This document shows positions 18,117 through 27,899 of a stretch of DNA of 64,000 bases, piece by piece. Below the pieces are notes generated by a model. It was not told the origin of the DNA. It made no database searches and saw only the letters and a program-made list of their open reading frames with translations. The position numbers and the translations under genes were made by a program. This stretch comes from Gammaproteobacteria bacterium. Lineage in GTDB: Bacteria > Pseudomonadota > Gammaproteobacteria > UBA9339. Position 1 is the first letter of the stretch. The number at the start of each line of letters is the position of its first letter. The DNA lies in contig JAFGXA010000053.1 of the NCBI GenBank assembly GCA_016936855.1, positions 41,620 through 105,619 on the forward strand, written 5' to 3'.

Positions 18117-18984
18117 TTCTTTTAATTTTATTCCAGGTCATTGCAGCTTTAGCTTGTGCGTTTTTATTAAAGTTTGCTACAAACTTATCTTCTTTTCCAT
18201 AACGAAATGCTACTGTTTCAATGTTAACCTTTTGAAAGGCGTCGGTTATGTTTATGACATTTTTATTTAGATCGTCTACAAAAATTATAGCTTTAGGTTG
18301 GTATTGAGTTTTTTTGAGCAAAGCAAGTAACATTGCGCCTTTATTCAGTCCTTCAGCCATTAGAATTCCATTCATATAGCTGATTGGTCTGGCTTTGCCA
18401 AGGTGCTCTTCTTTTGCCAAGTTTTTACTTATTCCATAGCGGGCAAGATTATTTAATCGGTAAGGGTAATAGGTGCCTGGGTAGCCGCGATAGGGGCCAA
18501 TAGCGCTTTTGATAAAATTTAAATGATTTTGTTCTAGGGTTTGTTCGCTGATAGAGCGGAAACTGTCGCCACGAAGAGATAATACTATTGCTTTGTAACC
18601 TTCTCTTTGTAAGTTGGTGATGTCAGGCGCTATTTTTGGGTCAACCAAGTGCATGCCATATAGATTAAAAAGTATGCCTTGTACTTTTAATAGTCCTTTA
18701 AAAGTGTGAGCGGCTAACAACTTAGAGTTTGGGTGTGTTGTTAAAAGACGACTTTGCCAATTCCACCATGGAACGCTTCCCAGTCGGTGATTGCCGACCA
18801 CCAGGGTATTATCCATATCGAAGATCAGTAAAACATTTTGATTGCCATATTTGTTGCCTAAGATTTTTGCTGTTTTCACCACATCGTTAAAATTATTTGT
18901 TTGATATATTTGATGAGTTGCAGCAAAAGAAAGAGAAGAAAAAGTGGCAAGCAGAGCAAGCACAAACAGTTTAGTAATTTGCAT
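18106..18984 (-). CDS. Secreted HAD-superfamily-like protein (candidate phosphatase)
   Basis: Sec signal peptide MQITKLFVLALLATFSSLSFA and HAD motif I LLIFDMDNTLV. A later FVDD motif resembles HAD motif IV. Confidence 0.55.
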   Translation of the reverse strand: MQITKLFVLALLATFSSLSFAATHQIYQTNNFNDVVKTAKILGNKYGNQNVLLIFDMDNTLVVGNHRLGSVPWWNWQSRLLTTHPNSKLLAAHTFKGLLKVQGILFNLYGMHLVDPKIAPDITNLQREGYKAIVLSLRGDSFRSISEQTLEQNHLNFIKSAIGPYRGYPGTYYPYRLNNLARYGISKNLAKEEHLGKARPISYMNGILMAEGLNKGAMLLALLKKTQYQPKAIIFVDDLNKNVINITDAFQKVNIETVAFRYGKEDKFVANFNKNAQAKAAMTWNKIKRIMA

Positions 18985-19061
18985 GAATCAGACCTTATTG
19001 TAAATTAGCAGTTGAAACTCTAACATATTTTCTTATTGTTTTGGTAGGATTTTTGTGGGTT

Positions 19062-20327
19062 TTAAATTATGTTTTTAATGATAGTAATTAATTTTTTAAT
19101 TGCGCCGCGATTTTGCTTAAGTACTTTTTGTGCTTGTCTTATGCGTAGGTCATATAATTCTTGATCATTAAATAAATTAATAACAACATTGGCTAATTCA
19201 TGTGGATTATTTACTAAGCTAAGCGCTTGGTTCTTTAGCAGCAAATTTTTTATTTCAGTGAAATTAAACAAATTAGGACCGGAGATAACTGGTATGCCAA
19301 TAGCCGCTGGTTCTAGAAGATTGTGGCCGCCTGTTGGAACTAAGCTTCCTCCTACAAAAGCAATATCTGATGCTCCATATAAAAGCAGCAATTCTCCAAC
19401 GATATCTCCTAATATAACGTCGGTATCTACGTTGCATGCTTCTTTGTTTGCATAGCTAATTATTTTTAAGTCGTTGTTATTACAGAGCTCTTTTGTGGTA
19501 GAGAATCTTTCTGGATGGCGCGGGACTAAGAGCAATAATAGGTTTGGTATTTGTTGTTTGACGATTTTGTAAGCTGCAATGATTTGCTCGTCTTCTCCTT
19601 GATGAGTGCTACCGGCGATGAATACTTTACGTTTTTCTCCCCATTTTTGTCTTAATGCTTGGGATTTTGTGGCCAAATTTTCTGGTATAGTTAAATCAAA
19701 CTTAATATTTCCCATATTTTGTGTGTTATTTTCTTTAGCACCAAGTTGAATAAAGCGAAGTTGGTCTTCTTTGGTTTGAGCGGCTATAAGGTCGATGTTG
19801 TTTAGCATTTCTTTGGTAAAACTACTAATTTTTGCATAACCACCTGTCGATTTTGGTGAGAGCCTTGCGTTGGCTAGAATTATCTTTGTCCCATATTTTT
19901 TGCTGTAGTGTAAAATATTTGGCCATAATTCGGTTTCCATAATGATTAAAAGTTGTGGTCTTATTTTTTTTAAGAATTTTTTTATGAGTATAGGCGCATC
20001 GTATGGTGCGTAGTAGTGGTGCACATTATTGCCAAAGACTTGTTTGATTTTTTGTGAGCCGGTTGGAGTCATGCAGGTTACAGTTATTGCGCACTGTGGG
20101 AAGTGCTTTTTTATTTCTTTAATTAAGGGTATTGCTGCAATAGATTCCCCAAGGGATACAGCGTGAATCCAAATGTTTTTATTTGTATTGATTTTGTGTG
20201 TAATGCAGGCAAATCGTTCTTTCATGCGTTGCCTATAAGCGGGATTTTTAAGGCTTTTGAGTAGTAAGCGCAGTACAATGAATGGCATAGCAAGATAGAT
20301 AGCAAGACTGTAAATTGATCTAAGCAT
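19062..20327 (-). CDS. waaA: 3-deoxy-D-manno-octulosonic acid (Kdo) transferase
   Basis: 421 aa. N-terminal membrane anchor, WIHAVSLGE motif, and a GT-B C-terminal half (GGSLVPTGGHNLLEPA). Confidence 0.9.
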   Translation of the reverse strand: MLRSIYSLAIYLAMPFIVLRLLLKSLKNPAYRQRMKERFACITHKINTNKNIWIHAVSLGESIAAIPLIKEIKKHFPQCAITVTCMTPTGSQKIKQVFGNNVHHYYAPYDAPILIKKFLKKIRPQLLIIMETELWPNILHYSKKYGTKIILANARLSPKSTGGYAKISSFTKEMLNNIDLIAAQTKEDQLRFIQLGAKENNTQNMGNIKFDLTIPENLATKSQALRQKWGEKRKVFIAGSTHQGEDEQIIAAYKIVKQQIPNLLLLLVPRHPERFSTTKELCNNNDLKIISYANKEACNVDTDVILGDIVGELLLLYGASDIAFVGGSLVPTGGHNLLEPAAIGIPVISGPNLFNFTEIKNLLLKNQALSLVNNPHELANVVINLFNDQELYDLRIRQAQKVLKQNRGAIKKLITIIKNII

Positions 20328-20332
20328 AGTTG

Positions 20333-20938
20333 TTATTTGTTAATTTTCCAGTTGGTTAATGATAACTTAATAGTAATATTTTCATTTACTAAGACTATTT
20401 TTTTGGGTAGAAGAAGATTATTTGTTAATTGATATTGCAAATAATAAATTTTCCAACCTTGTTGTTTGAGCGATAACAAAACTGAATTATTTTGTAGGTT
20501 TTTGTTATAAACTAATTTTGTATTGGGAATGCCGAGAATCCATTTGGGGAAGTTGTCAATTGGTAATGACCATCCAAGTTCTTTTTGCATAAGTTCTTCG
20601 CCGTTACTCGCAATTGCTTGTCTGCCATTTGCCAGGATGATTTTGGCATATCGGTTGGAGCCAGTGATAGTGGCGATGCCGACGCCTAAGGGGCCATTTA
20701 TATTAAGATGATATTTCTCTTTATGTTGTTGCCAATTGAATTGGGCGATGTTGGCTTTTTTGTTTTGTTTGATTAGAGCTGAACCCGCCACATGCCAAGT
20801 ATTAATTTTGCCTATGTGTTGTAGACGTTTTGGCCATGGAGTATGCGCTGCTTTTTTGTAGCTTATTTTTTGCTGTTGTATTGTTGTACAGCCTGTTATG
20901 GACAGTATGGCAAGCAAGAAAAAGGTTCTTTTCAACAT
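20333..20938 (-). CDS. lolB: Outer-membrane lipoprotein LolB
   Basis: Lipobox LSITGC. Alignable by eye with E. coli LolB: FNWQQHKEKYHLNINGPLG against [26 protein letters not shown] against WILGLP, and IKLSLTNW against IKLKMDNW. Confidence 0.85.
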   Translation of the reverse strand: MLKRTFFLLAILSITGCTTIQQQKISYKKAAHTPWPKRLQHIGKINTWHVAGSALIKQNKKANIAQFNWQQHKEKYHLNINGPLGVGIATITGSNRYAKIILANGRQAIASNGEELMQKELGWSLPIDNFPKWILGIPNTKLVYNKNLQNNSVLLSLKQQGWKIYYLQYQLTNNLLLPKKIVLVNENITIKLSLTNWKINK

Positions 20939-20974
20939 GCTTGTTAGTGTAAATCAATCTGTTAAGATAATGCC

Positions 20975-21757
20975 ATGAAAAATTTAACTCTTTGTTTGGA
21001 TGTGGGTAACTCGAATATAGTTGCTGGAGTTTTTGCTGAACGTGAATGTTTGTGTTGTTTTCGTTATGAGACACAGCATGGTGGAACCTCAGATCAATTG
21101 GGTGTGTTTTTACGTTCGGTATTGCGCGAGAATGATATTAGTTATCAAGATGTTAATGAGATTGCCATTGCATCGGTAGTGCCGGGACTTAATTATTCGC
21201 TTATTGCAGCTTGTAAAAAGTATTTTGCTGTTACCCCTTTTATGTTGCAGCCTGGAGTGAAAACCGGGCTCAAAATTAAATATAAAAATCCGACAGAAGT
21301 TGGTGCGGATTTAATAGCAGGGAGTGTCGCTGCTTGTGAATTGTATCCCGGTGACAATTTGATTGTTATCGATTTTGGTACGGCTACTACATTTTGTGCA
21401 ATTACTAATGAGAAAGAATTTTTAGGTGGTTTGATTATGCCTGGTTTACGTTTAAGTGCTGAAGCGCTGCAAAACAATACGGCGAAGTTGCCGGCCATTA
21501 CCATTGTAAAGCCAGACAAAATAATTGGTGATACAGTTACTGAAAGTATTCAGGCTGGTATCTATTTTAGCCAATTAGCCGCAATCAAGGAGATTGTCGC
21601 TAATTTACAAAAAACATCTTTTAATAATTCTCCAGCTACAGTTGTGGCAACAGGTGGTTTTGCACATTTGTTTTTAGACTCTGGATTATTTGCAGTGATA
21701 AGAAATAATTTAGTGTTAGAAGGTATATTGTCAATTTTGTTAAGATCAAAACGGTAA
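20975..21757 (+). CDS. coaX: Type III pantothenate kinase
   Basis: LCLDVGNSNIVAGVF, IDFGTATT and ATGGFA, the ASKHA-fold motifs of CoaX. Confidence 0.9.
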   Translation: MKNLTLCLDVGNSNIVAGVFAERECLCCFRYETQHGGTSDQLGVFLRSVLRENDISYQDVNEIAIASVVPGLNYSLIAACKKYFAVTPFMLQPGVKTGLKIKYKNPTEVGADLIAGSVAACELYPGDNLIVIDFGTATTFCAITNEKEFLGGLIMPGLRLSAEALQNNTAKLPAITIVKPDKIIGDTVTESIQAGIYFSQLAAIKEIVANLQKTSFNNSPATVVATGGFAHLFLDSGLFAVIRNNLVLEGILSILLRSKR

Positions 21758-21760
21758 ATT

Positions 21761-22756
21761 ATGAATAAACATAAAGCGTTATCGCTAATTTCAGGTGGGC
21801 TCGATTCATTGCTTGCAGCTAAGGTGCTTATGGAGCAAGGATTGCAACTTGAAGGTGTACATTTTGATATTGGGTTTAACCAAAACGGTACTTATGGCGC
21901 CGAAAAAGTTGCGGCAATTTTAGGTATTAAGTTACATATAGTTGATGTGGTAGACGAATTCAAGCAGGTTATGCAAAAACCTAAGCATGGTTTTGGTGCG
22001 CACATTAATCCTTGTTTAGATTGTAAGATATTTATGGTCAAAGTTGCGCTGAAGTGGGCGCAAGAGCATGGTTTTGATTTTGTGGCGACAGGAGAAGTTG
22101 TTGGTCAAAGACCAAAATCTCAGCGTGCCGAAACGTTACCAATAGTGGCGCAAGAATCTGGAGCTTATGATCTATTATTAAGGCCGTTATGCGCTAAATT
22201 ATTACCACCAACTAAGCCCGAGCGGGAGGGTTGGGTCGATCGCACTAAACTATTGGCAATTAGTGGTCGTTCACGCAAAGAGCAGTTGGCTTTGGCAAAA
22301 AAATTTGGATTTACAGAGCATCCATCGCCTGCTGGAGGCTGTTTGCTAACGGAAGAGGTTTTTTCTAGGCGTATGCAAGATTTGTGGCGACATCGCAAAG
22401 AGGTAAATTATTCTCGTGATGATCTCGCGCTTTTGAGGATTGGTCGCCATTTACGCATTAATGATAAGTGTAAAATTATTGTGGGGCGCAATCACGAAGA
22501 CAATTTAGAGCTAGAAAAATATGGCAAGGATCATGTGTATCTTATAACCTTAAGTCATCCCGGTCCGTTGGTTTTAATTGACGGTGAAGTTGATGCTTCG
22601 GTTTTACAAACTATAGCTAGTATTGCCGCTCATTTTTCTAAGGGTAAATTTGAGAATCAAGTAATCTTACAAGTATGTAATTATCCTGGTATGACCGAAA
22701 TCAGGGTGAGGCCAATGTTGCATGAAGAGTGTAGCCAGATTATTCGCCACGTATGA
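21761..22756 (+). CDS. PP-loop ATP pyrophosphatase, MnmA/ThiI-like (tRNA thiolation-type) protein of unclear specificity
   Basis: PP-loop SLISGGLDSLLAA. NPCLDCKIFMVKVALKWAQEHGFDFVATGEVVGQRP resembles the MnmA NPCxxCNxxIKF...ATGH segment. The C-terminal half is not recognised. Confidence 0.55.
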   Translation: MNKHKALSLISGGLDSLLAAKVLMEQGLQLEGVHFDIGFNQNGTYGAEKVAAILGIKLHIVDVVDEFKQVMQKPKHGFGAHINPCLDCKIFMVKVALKWAQEHGFDFVATGEVVGQRPKSQRAETLPIVAQESGAYDLLLRPLCAKLLPPTKPEREGWVDRTKLLAISGRSRKEQLALAKKFGFTEHPSPAGGCLLTEEVFSRRMQDLWRHRKEVNYSRDDLALLRIGRHLRINDKCKIIVGRNHEDNLELEKYGKDHVYLITLSHPGPLVLIDGEVDASVLQTIASIAAHFSKGKFENQVILQVCNYPGMTEIRVRPMLHEECSQIIRHV

Positions 22757-22782
22757 GTTGAGAATCAATCGAAACTATAGAC

Positions 22783-22810
22783 TTGACCCCTTGCATCTTG
22801 GTAGGATATA
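22783..22810 (+). promoter_or_regulatory. Candidate sigma70 promoter for tolC
   Basis: TTGACC (22783-22788), 16-nt spacer, GATATA (22805-22810), 36 nt upstream of the tolC ATG. Confidence 0.3.
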
Positions 22811-22846
22811 GGTTCTGCCATAAGATTGACAGGGAATCGAATCGCT

Positions 22847-24613
22847 ATGAAAAAATCGACAATTGCTTTTTTAATGACGTTAGGCGCTGCTTGCTATATG
22901 CCGGCTTGCTTAGCGATTAATTTGTTGGGTGTATATAAACAAGCGCAAAGCAGCGACCCAACATTTAAAAACGCTCGTGCTACTTGGTTGGCTGCACGAG
23001 AGAATATTGCAATTTCTCGCGCTGGTTTGTTGCCGCAACTAACGTTAGGCGGTGGGTTAAGCCATGATTGGTCTTATACGAATAGTGATGCAGGCAGTGA
23101 TAATTTTAAATACAACGAGCGTACTTATTCTTTGTCAGTGACAGAAGCGATTTTTAACTACGAGTTATGGCAGACACTCAAACAAGCTAAAGCATCGGTT
23201 AAAAGTGCTGCAGCCACTTTCTCTAGTGCAGCTGAAGAATTAATTTATCGAACAGCTAAGGCTTATTTTGATGTGTTGAATGCACAGGATACTTTGCGTT
23301 ATGCCACTGCTGAGAAAGAAGCAATTGGTCGGCAATTAGATCAAGCGCGTGAACAGTTTAAGGTGGGCTTGATTGCGATTACTCCAGTTTATCAAGCGCA
23401 GGCTAGCTATGATTCTGCGAGAGCTTCGGTGATTCAAGCCAGAAATGCCGTTCTAAATGCTAAGGAGTCTTTGCGAGAGATCACTGGGAATTACTATAAG
23501 TCACTTGCTTCCTTAGTAAAAAGTTTGCCTCTTTTGACGCCGGATCCTAGGGATATTAATCAATGGGTAAAGGTTGCTCGTGATCAAAATTACACGCTGT
23601 TAGCATCTAGATACGCCATGTATGCAGCACGTGAAAATATTGCTGAGCAAGGGGCGGCACGCATGCCGACTGTGACGGCTAGCGGTGGTTATAGCTACAG
23701 ACACAGTAATCGAGCAACTATGAACGGTGGTAATTACGAAACTAATCTGGCTTCTCTGGGCGTAAGCGTGAACTTCCCAGTGATTCAAGGTGGCGGTGTT
23801 ACGGCTAAATTGAATCAGGCTAAGTACGAATATCAACAAGCCATTGCTAATTGGGAGCTTACTGATCGCTCTACCATTAGCGATGCACGGCAAGCCTACA
23901 ATGGGGTCATGGATGCTATTAGCAAAGTTCGTGCGGATAGGCAGGCTGTTAAGTCAAATGAAAGTTCATTGAAGTCGACTGAAGCTGCTTATGTAGTTGG
24001 TACTAGTACAATGGTTGATGTGTTGTCAGTACAGGCTGATTTATATAATGCGCAAAAAGTCTTGGCGTCGGATCAATATGCTTATCTGTTAAAGACTTTG
24101 GCTCTTAAGCAAGCGGCTGGTACGTTGGGTGTTAATGACCTACAAATAATAAATCGATGGTTGCAGAAAGAGAATAGGCATGTTGCAGAACATAAGTATG
24201 CTAAAAAAGCAAAGCAATTAGCAGCTAAAAAAAATATAAAGTCACCTGTAAAAGCTCGTGCTTTAACTGAATTACATAAGGGAAATTTGCATTCAAAAGT
24301 AAAATTGATCAAAAAAAATATTCCAACAATTAAACAACAAATATTAGAAGTTAATCCCGCTCACTATACTATGCAGTTTTTGGTAACGGCTGATCCTGCA
24401 CATTTGATTAAATTTGCCAATCAAAAAGGATTTCCGAAACCGGCGTTTAGCTATAGGGTGAAGACGACTCACGGTTATGTGTATAAATTAATTGCAGGGG
24501 ATTTTGTGTCTAGGAATGCGGCATCTGCTGCTAAATCAAAGTTGCCAGCATATTTGCAAAAAATTAGGCCGTGGCTCCGCACTTATGCTTCCGTCAGAGT
24601 GGAGGTTAAGTAG
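22847..24613 (+). CDS. tolC: TolC-family outer membrane channel with C-terminal DamX-type SPOR domain
   Basis: 588 aa. Signal peptide MKKSTIAFLMTLGAACYMPACLA and a TolC/OEP body to about residue 445. A K/A-rich linker follows, then NPAHYTMQF...KSKLPAYLQKIRPWLRTYASVRVEVK, which is alignable with the E. coli DamX SPOR domain (HYTLQL...[23 protein letters not shown]). Confidence 0.8.
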   Translation: MKKSTIAFLMTLGAACYMPACLAINLLGVYKQAQSSDPTFKNARATWLAARENIAISRAGLLPQLTLGGGLSHDWSYTNSDAGSDNFKYNERTYSLSVTEAIFNYELWQTLKQAKASVKSAAATFSSAAEELIYRTAKAYFDVLNAQDTLRYATAEKEAIGRQLDQAREQFKVGLIAITPVYQAQASYDSARASVIQARNAVLNAKESLREITGNYYKSLASLVKSLPLLTPDPRDINQWVKVARDQNYTLLASRYAMYAARENIAEQGAARMPTVTASGGYSYRHSNRATMNGGNYETNLASLGVSVNFPVIQGGGVTAKLNQAKYEYQQAIANWELTDRSTISDARQAYNGVMDAISKVRADRQAVKSNESSLKSTEAAYVVGTSTMVDVLSVQADLYNAQKVLASDQYAYLLKTLALKQAAGTLGVNDLQIINRWLQKENRHVAEHKYAKKAKQLAAKKNIKSPVKARALTELHKGNLHSKVKLIKKNIPTIKQQILEVNPAHYTMQFLVTADPAHLIKFANQKGFPKPAFSYRVKTTHGYVYKLIAGDFVSRNAASAAKSKLPAYLQKIRPWLRTYASVRVEVK

Positions 24614-24616
24614 CAT

Positions 24617-25195
24617 ATGAGTGCATCAAGCGTAATTAAGAAAATTTTAGTTTTGATTATCCTTGTGTTGTTAGGTTTTTTTGCTTGGCATGTACATAAG
24701 TTCATTACTACCCATAAGCAAAAGAAGCTCGTTACAGCAGCGCATCATTTGCCAAAGGTTCCAATAAAATCTGTAAAAATGGTAAAGAAACAAACTGCAG
24801 AGCAAGCAAAGCCAAAAACTATATTAAAACCCGCAGCAGTGAAACCTGCAAAAACGAAAGTTACGAATCTCAAGCAAGAGCCTTTGTTGATTGTTAAGAA
24901 AAAGCCAGCGCCAGTTAAGCAACAAAATTTAGCTATTAAACACGCTGTGTTGAATCCGAGTAAATCTGGGTTACATGAAGAAGTTAGCAAATCTATGCAA
25001 CAAGAAAAAACCGTAGTTCCGTATTTGACTAATGAAAAAGTTAAGCAAGCGATAGAGAAGGAGAAAAAGTCCAGGGTGATTCGTCGTAAGCATCGTATAA
25101 AGCCCAGAAGCCATAAGCGACCACGTCGGCATTATAAACCAGAAAAACCAATTAGTTTTTCTCCCACTTTTACTCCGCAGGATATGCAGTTTTAA
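24617..25195 (+). CDS. Lysine-rich single-pass membrane protein (192 aa), function unknown
   Basis: Starts 4 nt after the tolC stop. It has an N-terminal TM helix (ILVLIILVLLGFFAW) and then an extremely basic K/P/A-rich low-complexity tail. Confidence 0.5.
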   Translation: MSASSVIKKILVLIILVLLGFFAWHVHKFITTHKQKKLVTAAHHLPKVPIKSVKMVKKQTAEQAKPKTILKPAAVKPAKTKVTNLKQEPLLIVKKKPAPVKQQNLAIKHAVLNPSKSGLHEEVSKSMQQEKTVVPYLTNEKVKQAIEKEKKSRVIRRKHRIKPRSHKRPRRHYKPEKPISFSPTFTPQDMQF

Positions 25196-25203
25196 TTTAT
25201 TAA

Positions 25204-25824
25204 TTAGAGCATATCCCGAAGTTTTTGTAGAGCTTGTCCGCGATGGCTAATTTGATTTTTTAAATTTGTCGGTAATTCAGCGGCTGAGCAATTGTGAGTT
25301 GGCACAAAAAATATCGGATCATAACCAAAGCCATTTTTACCTTGTGGTTTTGTTAAAATATAGCCGTGCCAAAAGCCATGAGCAATTAATGGTGTTGGGT
25401 CGTTTTCGTTGAGCATTAATACCAATACGCAGTGGAAGGTTGCCTGGCGTTTTTCATTAGGAATTTTCTGCATGAGATCTAAGACTTTTTCTAGGTTATC
25501 TCGATCAGTTGCGCTATTTCCTGCAAAACGAGATGAATAAACTCCTGGTTGATTGTTAAGTGCTGCAATGGTGAGTCCTGAGTCATCAGCAATAGTTGGT
25601 AGTTTGGTATGATGTGCACTGTGGCGTGCTTTAATGATAGCATTTTCAATAAATGTGGTACCTGTCTCAGCTATAGGTGGAATGGAGTATTCGCTTTGGG
25701 AAAATATTTGGTGATGATGTGTTGCATTCGCATCATTTTCATACTGGCTAAACATCGCATTTAATTCAATTAATTTATGCTGATTGGTACTTGCAAGAAC
25801 CAATTTGGTTATTTGTTGTTTCAT
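25204..25824 (-). CDS. rdgB: dITP/XTP pyrophosphatase (RdgB/HAM1 family)
   Basis: LASTNQHKLIE, IADDSGL and GFGYDPIF motifs. An insertion of about 15 aa sits near the N-terminus. Confidence 0.85.
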   Translation of the reverse strand: MKQQITKLVLASTNQHKLIELNAMFSQYENDANATHHHQIFSQSEYSIPPIAETGTTFIENAIIKARHSAHHTKLPTIADDSGLTIAALNNQPGVYSSRFAGNSATDRDNLEKVLDLMQKIPNEKRQATFHCVLVLMLNENDPTPLIAHGFWHGYILTKPQGKNGFGYDPIFFVPTHNCSAAELPTNLKNQISHRGQALQKLRDML

Positions 25825-25831
25825 TGCTTAA

Positions 25832-26638
25832 TTAGAAAATATTGTGTGATGTTTGGCAAGGGGTGAGTGCTGATGTCGCTCGCTCTAGATTTGCCAGGTC
25901 GCGGTAGGTTCTGATCTGTTGGTAGTTATTGCTTTGTAGGATTTTTCGCACTGCTTCGCCTTGTTGGAAACCGTGTTCTAGTAATAACATACCGTTTGGT
26001 TTTAGGTGTTGTTTGGCGGAGTTTATGATTTTTTTCAGATCTAGCAGGCCATTTTCAGCGGAGATTAGGGCATGTTGAGGTTCGAATTTGGTGCTAGGAT
26101 GCAGGTGTGGATCATTTTGATCAATATATGGTGGGTTGCTTATAATAAGGTCAAATGTTGTGTTTTGTGATATGTTTTTAAGCCAGTTGCTGTGTATAAA
26201 ATTAATGTTGGTTGCATTGTGATTTTTGGCATTTTGTTGGGCAATTTTTAAAGCTTCGGGCGAATTGTCTAGAGCAGTTATTTGCCAGTTTGGTTTTTCC
26301 GACGCAAGAGCGATTGCGATGGCACCGCATCCTGTTCCCAAGTCGGCAACTTTTAGTGAGCTATTTGATGAAAAATGCTCTAGAGTGATTTCAAGAAGTA
26401 GTTCTGTCTCTGGCCTTGGAATTAGCACATTGTGATCAACGAAAAAATCGAGGGACCAAAATTCTTTTTTTCCTAAGATATAAGCAATTGGTTCTCCTTG
26501 ATTATATCGGCTCAGCATAGCATCAAATTTTTTTTGTTGAATTGCATTAAATTCTTGCTTTGGGTGAGAGTATAAATAAGAGCGCGGTTTGTTTAGGGCT
26601 GCTGCGCGTAACAATTCAAGGTCTAGCTTTTTAGTCAT
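25832..26638 (-). CDS. prmC: Release factor glutamine N5-methyltransferase
   Basis: [14 protein letters not shown] motif and NPPY. Overlaps the prfA stop by 8 nt. Confidence 0.9.
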   Translation of the reverse strand: MTKKLDLELLRAAALNKPRSYLYSHPKQEFNAIQQKKFDAMLSRYNQGEPIAYILGKKEFWSLDFFVDHNVLIPRPETELLLEITLEHFSSNSSLKVADLGTGCGAIAIALASEKPNWQITALDNSPEALKIAQQNAKNHNATNINFIHSNWLKNISQNTTFDLIISNPPYIDQNDPHLHPSTKFEPQHALISAENGLLDLKKIINSAKQHLKPNGMLLLEHGFQQGEAVRKILQSNNYQQIRTYRDLANLERATSALTPCQTSHNIF

Positions 26639-27713
26639 TTAGTGCTGCAAGCTGATCAGCTTGGTGTTCGCGAATTAGTGCATCAATTAATTCTTGCATG
26701 TAACCTTCTAATATCTCTGTGAGTTTATATAAGGTTAAATTGATGCGGTGGTCGGTAATGCGTCCTTGTGGGAAATTATAAGTGCGAATTCGCTCAGATC
26801 TATCACCTGATCCAACTAGGTTGCGTCTAGTTTCGGCAACTTGTTGGCGCTGTTTGGTGCGTTCGTGCTCTAAAATTTTTGCTTGCAACAAAGACATAGC
26901 TTTGGCTTTGTTTTTGTGCTGAGATCTTTCATCTTGACATTCTACCACCGTACCGGTCGGAACGTGTGTTATTCTAACAGCAGAGTCGGTAGTGTTAACG
27001 TGTTGGCCACCAGCACCTGATGATCGGTAAGTGTCGATTCTAAGGTCGGCAGGGTTTATGTCGATGGAATCAACAGCAGTCATTTCTGGAAATACAGCAA
27101 CAGTACAGGCTGAAGTGTGAATGCGTCCCTGTGATTCTGTAACAGGAACTCTTTGTACGCGGTGCGCGCCAGATTCGAATTTGAGTTGTGAGTAAACGTC
27201 TTTACCGGATATTTTGGCGATTAATTCTTTATAACCGCCTTGTTCGGCGTCGTGGCTGTTTATGATTTCCACTTGCCACTTTTTGTTTTCGGCGAATTTT
27301 GCATACATTCGAAATAGATCTGCTGCAAAAAGCGCTGCTTCTTGACCTCCAGTTCCGGCTCTTACTTCCAAAAATATGTTACGCTCATCATCAGGATCTT
27401 TGGGTAATAATAGGGTTTTTAGATTAAGCTCGAGTTCTTTTTGTGCCTCACGTAAGTTGTTTATTTCTTCTTCTGCCAGTTCTTGTAATTCCTTGTCGTC
27501 AGATCCCAGCATTTTTTCTGCTTCTGTTATTTGTTCTTGATTGTTTGTGTATTCGTTGAAGCAATTGATAACAGGTTCCAATTGGGAGAATTCCTTAGAC
27601 AAATCACGAAATTTATTTTGATCAGATATGATTTCGGTTTTGCTTAGCAGTTCATTTAATTTTTGGAAGCGTTGTTGTAGTGCTTTTAATTTTTGATAAA
27701 TTGAATCTTTCAT
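26631..27713 (-). CDS. prfA: Peptide chain release factor 1
   Basis: The GGQHVN motif and the PVT(E) tripeptide region. The start is set at MKDSIYQKL (27713) by analogy with E. coli MKPSIVAKL; the ORF-track start at 27767 is an upstream extension. Confidence 0.9.
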   Translation of the reverse strand: MKDSIYQKLKALQQRFQKLNELLSKTEIISDQNKFRDLSKEFSQLEPVINCFNEYTNNQEQITEAEKMLGSDDKELQELAEEEINNLREAQKELELNLKTLLLPKDPDDERNIFLEVRAGTGGQEAALFAADLFRMYAKFAENKKWQVEIINSHDAEQGGYKELIAKISGKDVYSQLKFESGAHRVQRVPVTESQGRIHTSACTVAVFPEMTAVDSIDINPADLRIDTYRSSGAGGQHVNTTDSAVRITHVPTGTVVECQDERSQHKNKAKAMSLLQAKILEHERTKQRQQVAETRRNLVGSGDRSERIRTYNFPQGRITDHRINLTLYKLTEILEGYMQELIDALIREHQADQLAALND

Positions 27714-27833
27714 AGGAAAAGCATGATAATAGCTTTGTTGTTTGTTAGCAATGTGATTTGCATGCACTATGCTTAATCATGGAGGTCACCCGATTCCTGT
27801 TAACTCGCTGGCCCTCGCTATGCAGGCCCGTGT

Positions 27834-27854
27834 GATGACGGTGCCATTAATTAG
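27834..27854 (+). repeat. GC-rich intergenic repeat family, copy A (5' module only)
   Basis: GATGACGGTGCCATTAATTAG shares the GATGACGGTRC...ATTAG module with copies at 29992, 58247 and (inverted) 39108. Confidence 0.45.
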
Positions 27855-27899
27855 TATATGTGGTAAAATCTGTTTTTTAAACGGACGCAAGGACAATTT

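Noticed and set aside
20802-21074. 90-aa minus-strand ORF spanning the lolB/coaX divergent region
   Set aside because: It overlaps the starts of both well-supported genes and has an implausible composition. The region is better explained as divergent promoters.
27714-27767. Upstream start for prfA ([18 protein letters not shown]...)
   Set aside because: The RF1 N-terminus aligns from MKDSIYQKL. The extension has no counterpart in RF1.
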